64,000 nucleotides of DNA from Octopus vulgaris. Its lineage: Eukaryota. A model generated the notes under the pieces. The model saw only the letters and a program-made list of their open reading frames with translations, was not told where the DNA came from and made no database searches. The stretch is from the NCBI GenBank assembly GCA_951406725.2, contig OX597814.1:184202001-184266000 (forward strand). The letters are read 5' to 3'. The position numbers and the translations under genes are program-made. This document shows, piece by piece, positions 1 to 13,663 of the stretch. The first letter of the stretch is position 1, and each line of letters begins with the position of its first letter.

Positions 1-689
1 GATTCCCCCCAGTTGATTGATACTTATTTTATCAACATCGGAGACAAGCAGTCTCAGTCTGGATTTGAACTGGGGATGCCTAGCGACAATATCAGAAACA
101 GTAATTTAGTTTAACATGTTACCGCTTGCGTAACTCATTACGTCAGCTCTGGAGTCGATTAAAAGCCAACGAATCATTGAATGAGGCGTAGTTGATTGAA
201 TCAAACACTGCGCAATATTTTATGGTCAATGGAAATATGAATTTCAAAGTCAGTCGTAATGGGATTTGAATTCAGTTGAGAAAACTATCAAAGAAAATAT
301 CTGTTAATAATCGAGTGCATTATTACTTCTGTAACCTATTAGTCACTCACCCACCACCACCACCACCACCACCACAACCACAACCACAACCACCACCACT
401 ATTGAGGAGAATAAAAATCATAGTTTACGTTAAGAACGACAATGACGTATGCAGTGTAAAATGGAGGAGCAACAGACAGACTGAGCAAATGTGAAAGTAT
501 ACTGATAAAATGTTTCATTCGTTTATAGAGCAAAATAAAGATAGTGTGCTAAGGGGCTTGAAGCAGTTACAGATATTCAGAATTATTGAAACCCATCGCA
601 ACCCAAATGCACACCTTTTAATTTTTTTTACCAAATCTTCACATACTCACATTTTCGATATTACAAATAAATCAATACACAATATTTAT

Positions 690-828
690 TCATTATATAT
701 ATATATATATATCAGTATAAAGATATATATATATATGTGCGTATATATATACATATATATATGTATATATATACATATATAAATATATCTATATTCATAT
801 ATAAATATGTCTATCTATCTATATATAA

Positions 829-861
<33 letters not shown>

Positions 862-919
862 TACACCAATGCACACACACATACACACACACATATATAT
901 ATATGCATATGTGTTGGTG

Positions 920-960
<41 letters not shown>
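690..960. repeat. (TA)n/(CA)n compound microsatellite
   Basis: Directly visible dinucleotide runs. Confidence 0.9.
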
Positions 961-965
<5 letters not shown>

Positions 966-1102
966 CTTGCCTAGTTATATTGCACTGGGTTTTGTTTGCT
1001 GCTTTCATTTATTTACTGAATATTCGTTTTACACCCGTTTTTCGTCTGTTGAAATCTCCCAGAGTTCCCATAAACAGCGGTAATGTGCGCATGAAAGAGA
1101 AG

Positions 1103-1160
1103 CGATAACCTAACTTGAGATCAGACGTTCACCAACGTCTGATCTCAAGTCACGTTATCG
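1103..1160. other. Near-perfect hairpin (17-bp perfect stem plus 7-bp outer stem)
   Basis: CGATAAC-cta-ACTTGAGATCAGACGTT-cacc-AACGTCTGATCTCAAGT-cac-GTTATCG. Confidence 0.9.
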
Positions 1161-1629
1161 TGTTCACCAACACTACATCTTTAATACTAACATATGGAAA
1201 TATAGTTGCAGAGAATGATTACTTTCCCTCCCTGCCTTACTGAAATAGTTCAAAACCCCCCAGATTCATACCCTCTCAGATTGACTAAATGAAGTAAATG
1301 CGGCCATGTTCATACGCGACGCGGTAAATATTATGATCATTGTTCCATCAAACGTCGCACAAATTCACATATGTAGGTTCTTCACACACACATATGTACG
1401 TATATATTTATGCATATAAGCACCCACATAGACATGCATACATATGTGTGTGTGTGTGAGTATGAGAGAGAAAGAACGGGGGGAGAGAGAGGGATAGAGA
1501 GTAAGTAGGGGAGTGACTGTTATACATCAACAAGTGCTTGTGTGATTCCGGTAAAAGTTATACAATCATACAATATAAGCCATGAAAAATATTTAGGTTC
1601 GTCCAAATACGAACATATAGGCATATGAG

Positions 1630-1682
1630 TGTGTGTATGTATGTAAGTTTGTATGTAATTATGTCTGTATGGAAGCATGTAC

Positions 1683-1731
<49 letters not shown>

Positions 1732-1917
1732 CATATTTATATATATATACATGTATATATACATACACAATTACGTTCGCGTATATACATAGACGCAAAC
1801 ATATATAGATATACATACATAAATATATACATACATATATATAATATATATATATATATGTTTATATACACATTGATAAAAACATACAAACATACACATA
1901 TATACATGCATATATAT

Positions 1918-1965
<48 letters not shown>

Positions 1966-2014
1966 GTTTATATACACATTGATAAAAACATACAAACATG
2001 CACATATATACATG

Positions 2015-2047
<33 letters not shown>

Positions 2048-2110
2048 CTTTGTATGTATATATGTATATACGTATGCATATATACAGATATGCACATACA
2101 TATGCATGCA
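1630..2110. repeat. Degenerate (TA)n/(TACA)n low-complexity tract with internal duplication
   Basis: TA runs; TGTTTATATACACATTGATAAAAACATACAAACAT occurs twice (about 1859 and 1965). Confidence 0.85.
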
Positions 2111-2496
2111 GCTCAGTATTAACATTTGTTCGTTATTAAACTCATGGCCAACGAACAAGTAAATAAATTGCACCTACAAGCAGAGAGAACGGAGAGCGTC
2201 GTTTTGATGTTGCTATGCATCATTAATCAGCTGAACTCTCGTGTTTATGTAGTTCTATTTAAACAGCCCGCTTGTTCGGTTTCCAAAACACTCAACAGAT
2301 TGTGGCAGTGCAACCTTTCCGATTAGATACACTAGCGAATTTACAGAAAATTAACTAGTCCAAGCCATTACTCTGGCAATTCTTGCTATACATGCCTCTA
2401 CATACATACGCATACATACAAAGATTTACATAATATCCACTGCATTCTTAGTTGTCTCGATCACTCCGAAGATATATATATATATATATATATATA

Positions 2497-2777
2497 AGTA
2501 ATACTAAGTAATTAAGGGTTTAGCAACGATTTGCCTCACCACACACCGAATTTAGAAATAGCAGTCAAAGAGTTATGGCTATTCTTTCTACTTAAAAGGG
2601 AGATCTCAGTAAAACCACGCACTTAAAAGGCAAACGCAGGCAAAAGAGAAAGAAATGACGACAATCATTCTATATTAAGTCACCTACGGACGTACGTTTC
2701 GAAATTAAGTCGTGGGAATGCATAAAAATTAAATAATTATGTCTTACCCGACTATTTTTCTCTTCAGCGTAGGACTC

Positions 2778-2780
<3 letters not shown>
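2497..2780 (-). mobile_element. Short non-coding hammerhead-bearing element between (TA)n tracts (Penelope-like pLTR remnant or retrozyme-like)
   Basis: About 280 bp of complex sequence bounded by (TA)n on both sides, containing the hammerhead at 2683-2773. Confidence 0.65.
2683..2773 (-). ncRNA. Type I hammerhead ribozyme motif, complete core
   Basis: Minus strand: stem I CCUACG/CGUAGG; CUGAAGA; stem II GAAA..AGUCG/CGACU..UUUC; GAAA; palindromic stem III ACGUACGU; cleavage triplet GUC. Confidence 0.85.
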
Positions 2781-2826
<46 letters not shown>

Positions 2827-3082
2827 TAATAAGGGTAGAAATTGATATTAATCAATTAAAACCAGTGGCCTAGCATATTAAAAAAATCCAAATATTAAAA
2901 TATTTTTACATACAAAATTTAAAGGACTGACCACTAAGAGTGGACGGTCAACATGCTAGATATAGACGTCAAAATCGCTATTTTCCACAAAGAATGTGTT
3001 CTCAAATAAAAAAAAAACTCAGCACAAACCAAAGTATTAAAAAAGCAAGACAAATGAAAATATACGAAATAAAAATGGTTAC

Positions 3083-3157
3083 CTATGTACCGATCAGTTT
3101 CGATTGTTAATATCCACGTATATGGATACATGGAAATCTGCAATATCATCAGCATAG
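3083..3157 (-). ncRNA. Type I hammerhead ribozyme motif (one mismatch at the base of stem II)
   Basis: Minus strand: stem I CUAUG/CAUAG; CUGAUGA; AUUG/CAAU with inner hairpin UAUCCA/UGGAUA; GAAA; quasi-palindromic ACUGAUCGGU; triplet GUA. Confidence 0.75.
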
Positions 3158-3293
3158 TCTGTCATATAGAAATACAATTTGCAGGACCAGATACAAAAAC
3201 GTGTGACCGGAGTCTCGCTTGCACAGAGTCCAACAAATTATATTTATGTGTATCTTTCAAATGCCTTCACTTTTGTTTATATATATATATATA

Positions 3294-3880
3294 TCTGCAA
3301 TTTACAGATGGGCTGAGGACAATAACATACAGTTTAATGCTGAAATATTCAAAGCCCTGTGCCACCAGCGACCAAAAATGAATATAAAACTTAGAGGGTA
3401 CAGTGAGCCTCAGGAGAATACAATCCCAGAGTCTAAATCAGTGAGTGACATGGGTATCGACATGGATGATGATGCCTCTTCCAAGTACACATTAACAGGA
3501 TAGCGACAAAGTGCAGACGACAGGCTGGCTGGATCCCGAGAACGTTCAGAAACAGACAGGAGGAAAACATGAGGGTCCACTGGAGGACATTCGTACTCAG
3601 CTGCCTGGATTACTGCTCCCAGCTGGCGTCACCTACCAGTGTAAAATTAACAGCAGACCTTTAAGCAACCCAGCAAAGCTTCACAAAGATCATCTCATTG
3701 CAACCGCTCAGCTACTGGGAAAGGCTGAAATAGCTAAAACTCTACTCTCCGGAGGGAAGGCGGGAGACCAATGCAGTAATATACATCTGGAAGATCCTAC
3801 AAGGAATTGTACCAAATTTTGCCATTAAAAGCTACACCAATTACAGACAGGGATAACACTGCACAGTGCCAAAGACTGTT
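3294..3880 (+). mobile_element. Decayed CR1/L2-group LINE ORF2 C-terminal fragment
   Basis: IYRWAEDNNIQFNAE..SVSDMGIDMDD..AGWIPRTF..LDYCSQL parallels the RT thumb region of the intact LINE at 22.6-23.1 kb; stops and frameshifts present. Confidence 0.8.
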
Positions 3881-3983
3881 TAGATATAAATTAGTATATA
3901 AGATTTGTATGTGATTGGTCTATCTTTGAATTTTGTGATGTTCCTGTGGTTGTTGCTCGCATTGCCTCCCCTTGGATAAAAAA

Positions 3984-4066
<83 letters not shown>

Positions 4067-4117
4067 TACATATGTATGCACACACATAAGCACACATATA
4101 TATACATACATAATTGT

Positions 4118-4210
4118 GCTTCGCTTGAAATGTAAAACACTTTTTACTTCCCTGAGCGTCATATTAATATTTTGCATGTACCACGTCCTCGAGTTGTTTT
4201 TTTCTTATAG
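4118..4210 (+). mobile_element. Truncated relative of the hammerhead element at 29139-29351
   Basis: GCTTCGCTTGAAATGTAAAAC..CCTGAGCGTC..CACGTCCTCG aligns with GCTCCGCTCGAAACGTTAAAC..CCTGAGCGTC..CACGTCCTCG. Confidence 0.6.
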
Positions 4211-4428
4211 TGATTTTATTCTCCTTTTTTTTTTGACTATGTATATTTATAGTATTTGATGTAATATTTTAATATAACTGAAGTATTGAATTGTCGATAG
4301 AATATCTATATTTAATTTATCTTTATAATTGAATTATACCAATATTTACATGGCACATCCAACTGACGTACCAGTGAATTGGATGTTTAACACACCTCTT
4401 TGAGGGATTTCTTTTCCTCAGGTTGTTT

Positions 4429-4496
<68 letters not shown>

Positions 4497-4497
<1 letters not shown>

Positions 4498-4545
4498 ATG
4501 ACGGCTTTCTTTCAGTTTCCATCTACCAAATCCACTCGCAAAGCT
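4497..4545 (-). mobile_element. SINE family B fragment
   Basis: ACGGCTTTCTTTCAGTTTCCATCTACCAAATCCACTC matches the other SINE B copies. Confidence 0.75.
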
Positions 4546-4559
4546 TCTCAGCTATCTAA

Positions 4560-5620
4560 AAGACCATAATAAACAATTTAATTTAGATTAATTGACTCTC
4601 TCCGTTTCATTCCCATGTGATAAATGTGATAAAAGAAATCTGCCAACTCTGTAATAGTGAACTATTTTCTAAGAATCCTCTTGTAAACACGTTTATAGAG
4701 CGTGCTTATCGATGTAAACATTGGCAGAATCATACCTTTGGTTCATATAAGCGATATCTACCTTTCTATATAATTTGAACATTGATTTTCTTCTAACATT
4801 TACTTCCACTAGATATATCTATTTCCAAGCCTTTAAGCTTTTATTTTAATTCAACATATAGCTCTATATTTATTAGTTTTCTGCTTATTTCTTTCCTTTT
4901 CCCCTTCTCTTTCTATAGGCTACCTTTGACGTTATATCTTCTAACGGTTTTTAAAAAAAAACTTAATAGCGTTCCGTTCATCATTATACACATCCATCAC
5001 ATTCTGTTAAAATGTCTTATTGATGAGTGTGGTTTCTTTCATTCTTTCCCTGATAAGAAGATTACATTGTTTTACACATTCTATTTCTTTGGAATAATAC
5101 CAATGTTGTCTTCGAAACATATGAGGTCCTTCTAAGTTTCTGGTAGAGGTGTTACTTCGTATATCTTTCGTGGGATGGTTTAGGTGTTCAATAGGTGGTC
5201 GTACTCCCCTAGGGTTAAGTTTAGAGAGGTGTTCTTTAAGCTTAGTGTTTATTATAAATCTAATTTTCTGGGAGAAACCACTAACAACTAGATCTTGGTT
5301 AAAGCTAGATCTTGGCATAGTTATTGAAGATTTCTTCAGTGGCGGAGAGATCCAATGTCCAGATAGATATGCCTTTGATTATACTCTCGAATGTAGATTT
5401 ATGGTGGTTAGATTCTGCGTTGATGTACCTAAGGTATTGACTGGCTTTATGATTGGGGAAGTAAAGTGAAGAAGTTAAATCTAAAACAACATTTAGAAAG
5501 TTGGCTGTTTTGTATGAGTTTTCAAAAGAGATAGATAGGTGCAGATTTATGTTAGGCACGTTGTAATTAACAGTACATCATCCCTATACAAATCCAAGTT
5601 GTTGGAGGAAGTTTAGTCGA
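4560..5620 (-). mobile_element. Decayed Penelope-like element (RT C-terminus at 5130-5620; possible GIY-YIG remnant at 4560-5000)
   Basis: Minus strand LYRDD followed by NFLNVVLDL..YFPNHK..YINAESNH..IIKGISI, the catalytic and thumb region of PLE reverse transcriptases; the GIY-YIG part is very degenerate. Confidence 0.7.
5045..5126 (+). ncRNA. Decayed hammerhead motif, same family as 28503-28586
   Basis: CTGATAA (G8>A)-GAAGATTACATTG...CAATGTTGTCTTC-GAAA-CATATG; the cleavage-site UC is lost. Confidence 0.55.
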
Positions 5621-5741
5621 ACTTTTATTTCCTTATTCTCTACTCTTCTATTTCATTGTTTATTATCTGTGAATTTTCCATGTCTAGAACTGTTATCTGA
5701 ATATTTCCATGTCTAGATGATCTATCATATATTCTCTACTT

Positions 5742-5817
5742 GTCACTGATGGCGGAATACCCCGTTTTCAAGCATCCTCGCCTGTCGCATGGGATATCCC
5801 AGAAACAGCTGTAAGAC
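5742..5817 (+). ncRNA. Variant hammerhead-like motif
   Basis: GTC-a-CTGATGG-c-GGAATACCC...GGGATATCC-ca-GAAA-CAGCTG-TA-a-GAC; palindromic ACAGCTGT stem III; A9>G variant and a stem I mismatch. Confidence 0.5.
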
Positions 5818-5912
5818 CAACTAATTTAAGAATAATATAAAATAATGTATATGAATTGAGATGCTTGCCATGCCTCGGCGCTTGTTGTCCTCTTTCACAA
5901 ATATTTTACAAA

Positions 5913-7345
<1,433 letters not shown>

Positions 7346-8870
7346 GTATCACCACCTTTATTTTCGTCAACATGTTATCATAAAATGTACATAGTATTAT
7401 ATTTACGTAAAGCTTTTCACTTAAAGTGTTTTCTATGTTGCTCATTTCTGACTCATTGAAAATTAGTTATAACAGGATTAAGGTCAAAGGTGAATACTGC
7501 ATATTGGGATGTCTGTTCAAAGCTGATGAGCAGAGAAATAAAAGCAAAGGCAAAGAACAAGATCGCCACATGCCATCCTAGATTTGCATCCCAGTTCCCG
7601 CTATACAGAAACTTCAATTACTCTTGTTCATAATTGTATCTCTTTTGAACTCTTTTATTACGCATGTTTTTTTTTTTCCTTTATACTATCTGAAAGTGAA
7701 TATCAACTGCATCGTCGTCATACATAGTTATTCTTGCCAGCCTATATAAAAGGGGGTTGATGGAGAACAGCTTCTTCCTCTTAAATTTAATTAATGAAAT
7801 TTCAATATTTTGAAATCATTTTATTGAAAATCAATTTTCCTTTTCTTATTTTGTCTAAATTATGCTAAGCATATTCTGGTCGTTTTATTTGCAGTTTTAC
7901 GCTTTACGTTCCAGTGTAACACATTAATTTTGATGGGTTTTCTTTGATGAGAAGTGTAAGCCTCATGATTCAGTCCGAAATAGCAACCCGTTTATTTACA
8001 GCTTCCAAAAGATCCCTGTATTATGTATATTACATTCCCTTATTATTAACTAAATCTCCTTTGTCTGTGGATTAATGCGTTTACCTACACACACCTGTGT
8101 GTAAGAATTATCAATAACATTCTTTCCTCTAGCTTACAAGTACAAATGAAATTAGCATGGCATCCGATATGTGCCTAACTGAAGGTTCCTGATTAGTGTA
8201 TCAGGGAAGGAAATTTAGTTAAAATAATGAACTTAGATTAAATTATGTCTTATCTATCATTCATAGTTGCAATCGTAGTGGAGATTATTTTGTTTTTTAT
8301 TATCCTCAGAGACTATTATTTTACATTTATATCATATATTTCAGTTAGAATATGTAGAATTTCACGAAATAAAATTATCGAGAAGTATTTTATGTCTATT
8401 CTAGAATATTTTCTCTTTGTGATTCAGCTACGTTATCTTATATTTGTGGTTCTATACTTTGTTATATTATATTTTATGATAGTATTAATTAATTATTTAT
8501 GAGAGAACGTTGAATGAATGTGGGTGATGCCTACAAGAATATAATAGATGAGATAGCATCTATCAAAATATATAATATGGAATTTATTACTGATAAGTTA
8601 TAATCTTAGCGATAAAACTGCATTCCCATGAATTCTGATGCAAATGCTTGAAAGTCTTATCACATGCCGAAATAATTTATGCTATTTTCTAAAATAATAT
8701 AGATTACAAAAGAGAAAGTATTATCATTTTTGTCTGTAGTCTAAAAGAGAACCGACATGTAAGTTCCGTTTGTATATTCTACAATGAGATCTACTCGGAT
8801 TTCATACTTATCTTTCAAAGTAACTCGAACACTTTCACATCTTTCTTTTTACTGATTCTTAGGGATTGTT

Positions 8871-9278
8871 ATGTGATAGAGTCAACATTTACTGGTAGAA
8901 CTGCTTTGGTGGAAGAGAGAATCTTCGGTCCAAACATGCTGTCTGAATCAAATGTAAGGTACTTTTCGTTAGTTGAAAAATCTGCATATAGTTTGAATTA
9001 ATACAGTGTAGATTTTCAGGAGATTAGAAATTGACCATGTGCAAGTTTTTCTGATGATGGTTCTGTAGTATCTCCAGTTATGAAAGATTATCTGGATTTT
9101 CAGTTCTGTATTGTTTGTAATTTCAGGATGCTTTGGTGTCTGATATGACTTTGATAACGATGTTATGTTTAACTGAAGTACATTTAGATACCTGGTCCCC
9201 GAGACTCCAGCCAATTTCAATCAAGGATGGAGAGGTTTTTCTGTCCTTCCATATGAATGTATATAGTTGCTGGTAATG
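8871..9278 (-). mobile_element. Decayed non-LTR ORF2 C-terminus (RTE-X-like); duplicate of 11118-11526
   Basis: Two highly similar direct copies of about 410 bp; minus strand WRYYRTIIRKTCTW...FF...RK resembles the GRY..RIC..C..H..C end of RTE-X-type ORF2. Confidence 0.5.
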
Positions 9279-9489
9279 ATAGTTTTTCTAACGTAAATTC
9301 TAATAAACTGGCGCATGTTTCACAGCATCTTAGTTCTCTTAGTTTGAAATGTATGCAGAGGAAGGTTTTAAATTTTATTCCGTGAATAACCATAAAATAC
9401 AGAGATCAGTTATATGAATAATATATATCGCTTCTAATTTCGAACATAATTTTCTAAAGAGTGCATCCGATGGGATTTCTGATGCATTG

Positions 9490-9665
9490 TTGATGCATCG
9501 GGCAGAATACCTTGTTTTTGATTTTTACATTCTGAACTGAAATCCTGGCGAGGTCAAATTTGCTTTTATCTTTCTGGGATCGAAAAAATATATCATTCAA
9601 GTGCTGGCCATCGATTTAATCTACGTATACTGCTATCTCCCAGGCTTTCTGAAGTTGAGAAACTA
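9490..9665 (+). mobile_element. Old degenerate SINE family A copy
   Basis: ACATTCTGAACTGAAATCCTGGCGAGGTCAAATTTGCTTTTATCTTTCTGGGATCGA resembles the SINE A core. Confidence 0.6.
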
Positions 9666-11117
9666 TAATGAATTTTCTTAGTTGTGGTTATGCTTTAATG
9701 GCTGAGAAGGTTTTAAAGCTCATCAGCTACAGTATCCTTATGAGAAATGGTGGATCTAATAATTAATTGCTTTTAATAGTATAATGACAGAATAATGTCA
9801 CATATTTCTAACAATTAACGGGATATATGGTATTTCATTCATGCTAGAAGCAAATCGACCAAAGAACAATAGATCAGACAAAACAATTATTATGGACAAA
9901 GGAAATTACTAAGACCGTATCTTGGATCGTCTGATATCTTGGATAGTCTGATTCGGTGTTAGAACGACATTCTTTCGTTTGTGTGCCTTTCGTGTCCACG
10001 TAATCATTAAAATTAATGCCAATAATATACTGCTTTAATCAAAAGGAGTTGCACATCAGAGTGAAAACATAATTTTTTCCCTTTTGATTAAACGGAATTC
10101 TCTCTAATCTAGGGGTATTATAAATTATTTGATATGATTTTTATACTTTTCATTTGGATGTTAGCTTAATTAAGCGAAGAAACAAAGCAAGCTATTTGGT
10201 AGACCAAGAGCTTACATCGTAACCTTCAACGTTTCCTTTAGAATAAAATCAGTATTAAGCAACTACAAATGTTAATATGTCGAGTCAGTCTTCCAATTCC
10301 TCATTCACATATCTTTGGTACTGCAATATTTTTTTTTTATCTAGACAATGATAGCCATATTTTTTTTATAGAGGAGGGAATTACAAAGTGAACATACAGT
10401 ATATCTTAATTTAATGAATGAATATATGTTAGCATTTACTAACAATTATTTTTTTGCAGACGTGGACATTAATTACATTGTAGCCGACTCAATAAACACC
10501 ACTCACTACTCTTTCATACCCAGATAATTTGCGTAGGGCATTATTTTTAATATAAGCAATGATATTTGTTTCTTGTGAATATAATTTCATACATATATAT
10601 GTCAGCTTGTAGAGTGATGTTAATTCCACAACAAAATTTACTATACGTAAGAAACTAGTCTCTGTACTGACACATTTTTTCTTGAATTCGGAGTTTTTTT
10701 TTTAGATTTTTGCCGTAATCAGCAAGCTCTCAGATACTGTATTCCACCAATCTAATATAAACCCACATATTACAAAAGTCACAAAGGTTTCAATGATAAT
10801 ACAACCAGTAATTTGATGGATACATTGGTGGCTATACTCCTTTTCTTTTCTCACGTACATACAGACATATATACTTGTACATTGTACATTTATATGCAGT
10901 ACATGCACACACACACATATATATGAAAATTACACAATACAGCTCAGAATAAATTTTTAGGAATCATTTGAGAAATCTTTTTATTGTCACTTAGAATTTA
11001 ATGCACGTAATATATTCGCAACCGATCCGTCAACGTTTTGTAAATGAATAAAATAGTGTCCATAACGCACTATATAGACTCCGATTATTATTGATCGAGG
11101 TGGTTATATAATTAAAT

Positions 11118-12240
11118 ATGTGATAGAGTCAACATTTACTGGTTGAACTGCTTTGGTGGAAGAGAGAATCTTCGGTCCAAACATGCTGTCTGAATCAAAT
11201 GTAAGGTACTTTTCGTTAATTGAAAAATCTGCTTGGAGTTTGAATTAATACAGTGTAGATTTTCAGGAGATTAGAAATTGACCATGTGCAAGTTTTTTCT
11301 GATGATGGTTCTGTAGTATCTCCAGTTACGAAAGATTATCTGGATTTTTAGTTCTGTATCGTTTGTAATTTCAGAATGCTTTGGTGTCTGGTATGACTTT
11401 GATAACCATGTTACGTTTAGCTGAAGTACATTTAGATACCTGGTCCCCGAGACTCCAGGCAAATTCAATCAAGGCTGTAGAGGTTTTTCTGTCCTTCCAT
11501 ATGAATGTATATAGTTGCTGGTAATAACCAGTTTTTAATGAGTTGGCAATGAGTTTGTCAAATATTCTTTTCCAAATACCCCGGAGTTATATCGATCCTT
11601 TTTTGCATTACTGCTTTAGACAACCTTTGTGATACTCTAAGTGTGTAGGCAGGAGTATATCTGCAATTGCAACTTGGCTTTTGAAATAAGAGCTTTCGGT
11701 TGTGGTATCTGATCTGGGAAGCGATGTCACCCAGGCAGCCATAGATCAACTTGACGTTATTGATGTTGAAGTGCTTGTTGCATTTATGTGTCAGCTACAA
11801 ATATTGTCTTATTAAGGATAGCCTATTCTTGGCTATTTTAGTACCTAAATTCATGTTGAGTGATACTTCAAATTATGTTACTTTCCTGTAACATTATTTT
11901 CTATATCATATACTTGTGAGCTGCTTCTTCTTGTATAATACTTACTCGCTAATCTCATCGCTGTAGAGTAAAATGATAGGAAAGATTTGAATAAAATGCA
12001 TAAAAAAACATCGGTGAATTTAACCAAATATTAGCATGAGTCATTTTCTAAATACAGACAACAATAACGGAGAATATAATTTGATAGGAGATATAGTTTC
12101 TTTCATATTCCATAAAATCATGGATAAAAGCATATTATATGAAGTGCACTGGATTAAGTTATTTGAAACAATACAGTTTGTTTCCGATTCTGAGTAATTA
12201 CTTAATAACAGCATCAGTGTAGATCTATTTTTCAAGTCTC
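11118..12240 (-). mobile_element. Ancient non-LTR RT remnant (RTE-X-like)
   Basis: Minus strand YSPLLLSVF (LSPLLF-like) and LYSDEI (YADD-like) upstream of the cysteine-rich C-terminus shared with 8871-9278. Confidence 0.45.
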
Positions 12241-12913
12241 GTGGTGCACCTAAGCATGAGATAAATTGCCCTTAGAAAGCGGTTGCTAATTATTCTTAAT
12301 TCAGTTTTGGAAGAGGGTTAAATCTACATTTAGAGTTTAAAGGGGAAACTTTCCGAATAATTAATAAAGAGATACAACGTTTGCGCTTAATAATGCAGTT
12401 CATGCAGTCTTCTATTTTTGACTAGAAAGCCAGTTCATTTCCTATATTATTTATAGTATTTTAGTCAGCAGGGCTGTTTTATACATCAGTGCAATTTAGA
12501 GTGCATAGTAATGTTTCGTTCGCATACATTCTTTTGTATTATACTCTGAATGCACTGTAAAGTATAGCGTTATAAAAAATACCAGTTTTTAGCCACCGCT
12601 GTGTTACATAAAGGAATGTACCGGAAAATCTAAATAAAATGTTTCATTTCTCTGCAAGTAAGTGGAAGTTAGTGGAATGTTTAAAATGTTTCATTATATT
12701 ACTCGGGGTACTTCAGAAAGAGTTGTTATGTTGTAAAGTTACTGTTTTTATCTGAATGATGAGGTTGGCTTTGAGGTTTTAAAGTTCATTCGTGAGAGTG
12801 ATGTTATAGTTGCAAAATGAAAAAGGCTGTACTCTCTTGTGTTATTCATAGCGTCTCCTCTCTTTGTTAATGGATCTATTGTGCTTGACTATTTCAATAT
12901 ATACATTCATAAA

Positions 12914-13287
12914 GGGGGCAAGCTGGCAGAAACGTTAGCACGCCGGGCGAAATGCATTGTAGTATTTCGTCTGCCGCTACGTTCTGTGTTCAAATTCCGC
13001 CGAGGTCGACTTTGCATTTCGTCCTTTCGGGGTCGATAAATTAAGTACCAGTTACACACTAGAGTCGATGTAATCGACTTAATTCATTCATCTGTCCTTG
13101 TTTGTCCCCTCTATGTTTAGCCCCTTGTGGGTAGTAAAGAAATAGGTATTTCGTCTGTCTTTACGTTCTGAGTTCAAGTTACGCCGAGGTCGACTTTGTT
13201 TTTCATACTTTCGGGGTCGATTAAATAAGTACCAGTTGCGTACTGAGATCGACGTAATCGACTTAATCCGTTTGTCTGTCCTTGTTT

Positions 13288-13288
<1 letters not shown>
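12914..13288 (+). mobile_element. SINE family A (tRNA head + Meta-domain-like core), dimeric
   Basis: GGCAAGCTGGCAGAAACGTTAGCACG..B-box-like GTTCAAATTCC..GAGGTCGACTTTGC..TCCTTTCGGGGTCGATAAATTAAGTACC; second unit starts at 13146. Confidence 0.9.
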
Positions 13289-13353
<65 letters not shown>

Positions 13354-13539
13354 ATATACACCATATGTGTGTTTGTGTGTGTGTAATAAAGATAATCTGG
13401 AACTCGACTGAGGAAAGAAAAGCCGAATGACCCGTCCATGTGTCTTTTGTATCATCTGTCTGGATGTTTTGCGTTCTTGTCCCATTTTTGTATGTTTTAT
13501 ATATAAAAATATAGCGGCGTACGTACACTTTGGTCTCTC

Positions 13540-13556
13540 TCTCACACACACACACG

Positions 13557-13614
<58 letters not shown>

Positions 13615-13619
13615 TACAT

Positions 13620-13663
<44 letters not shown>

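Noticed and set aside
978-1000. TATTGCAC miR-92-like seed
   Set aside because: Remainder does not match miR-92 and there is no precursor hairpin
7523-7540. CTGATGAGCAGAGAAA hammerhead-like or C/D-box-like string
   Set aside because: No stem II, stem I or NUH context
13385-13530. CTGAGGA..GCCGAA in a microsatellite-bounded island
   Set aside because: Could be another PLE-end remnant but lacks GAAA and the stems
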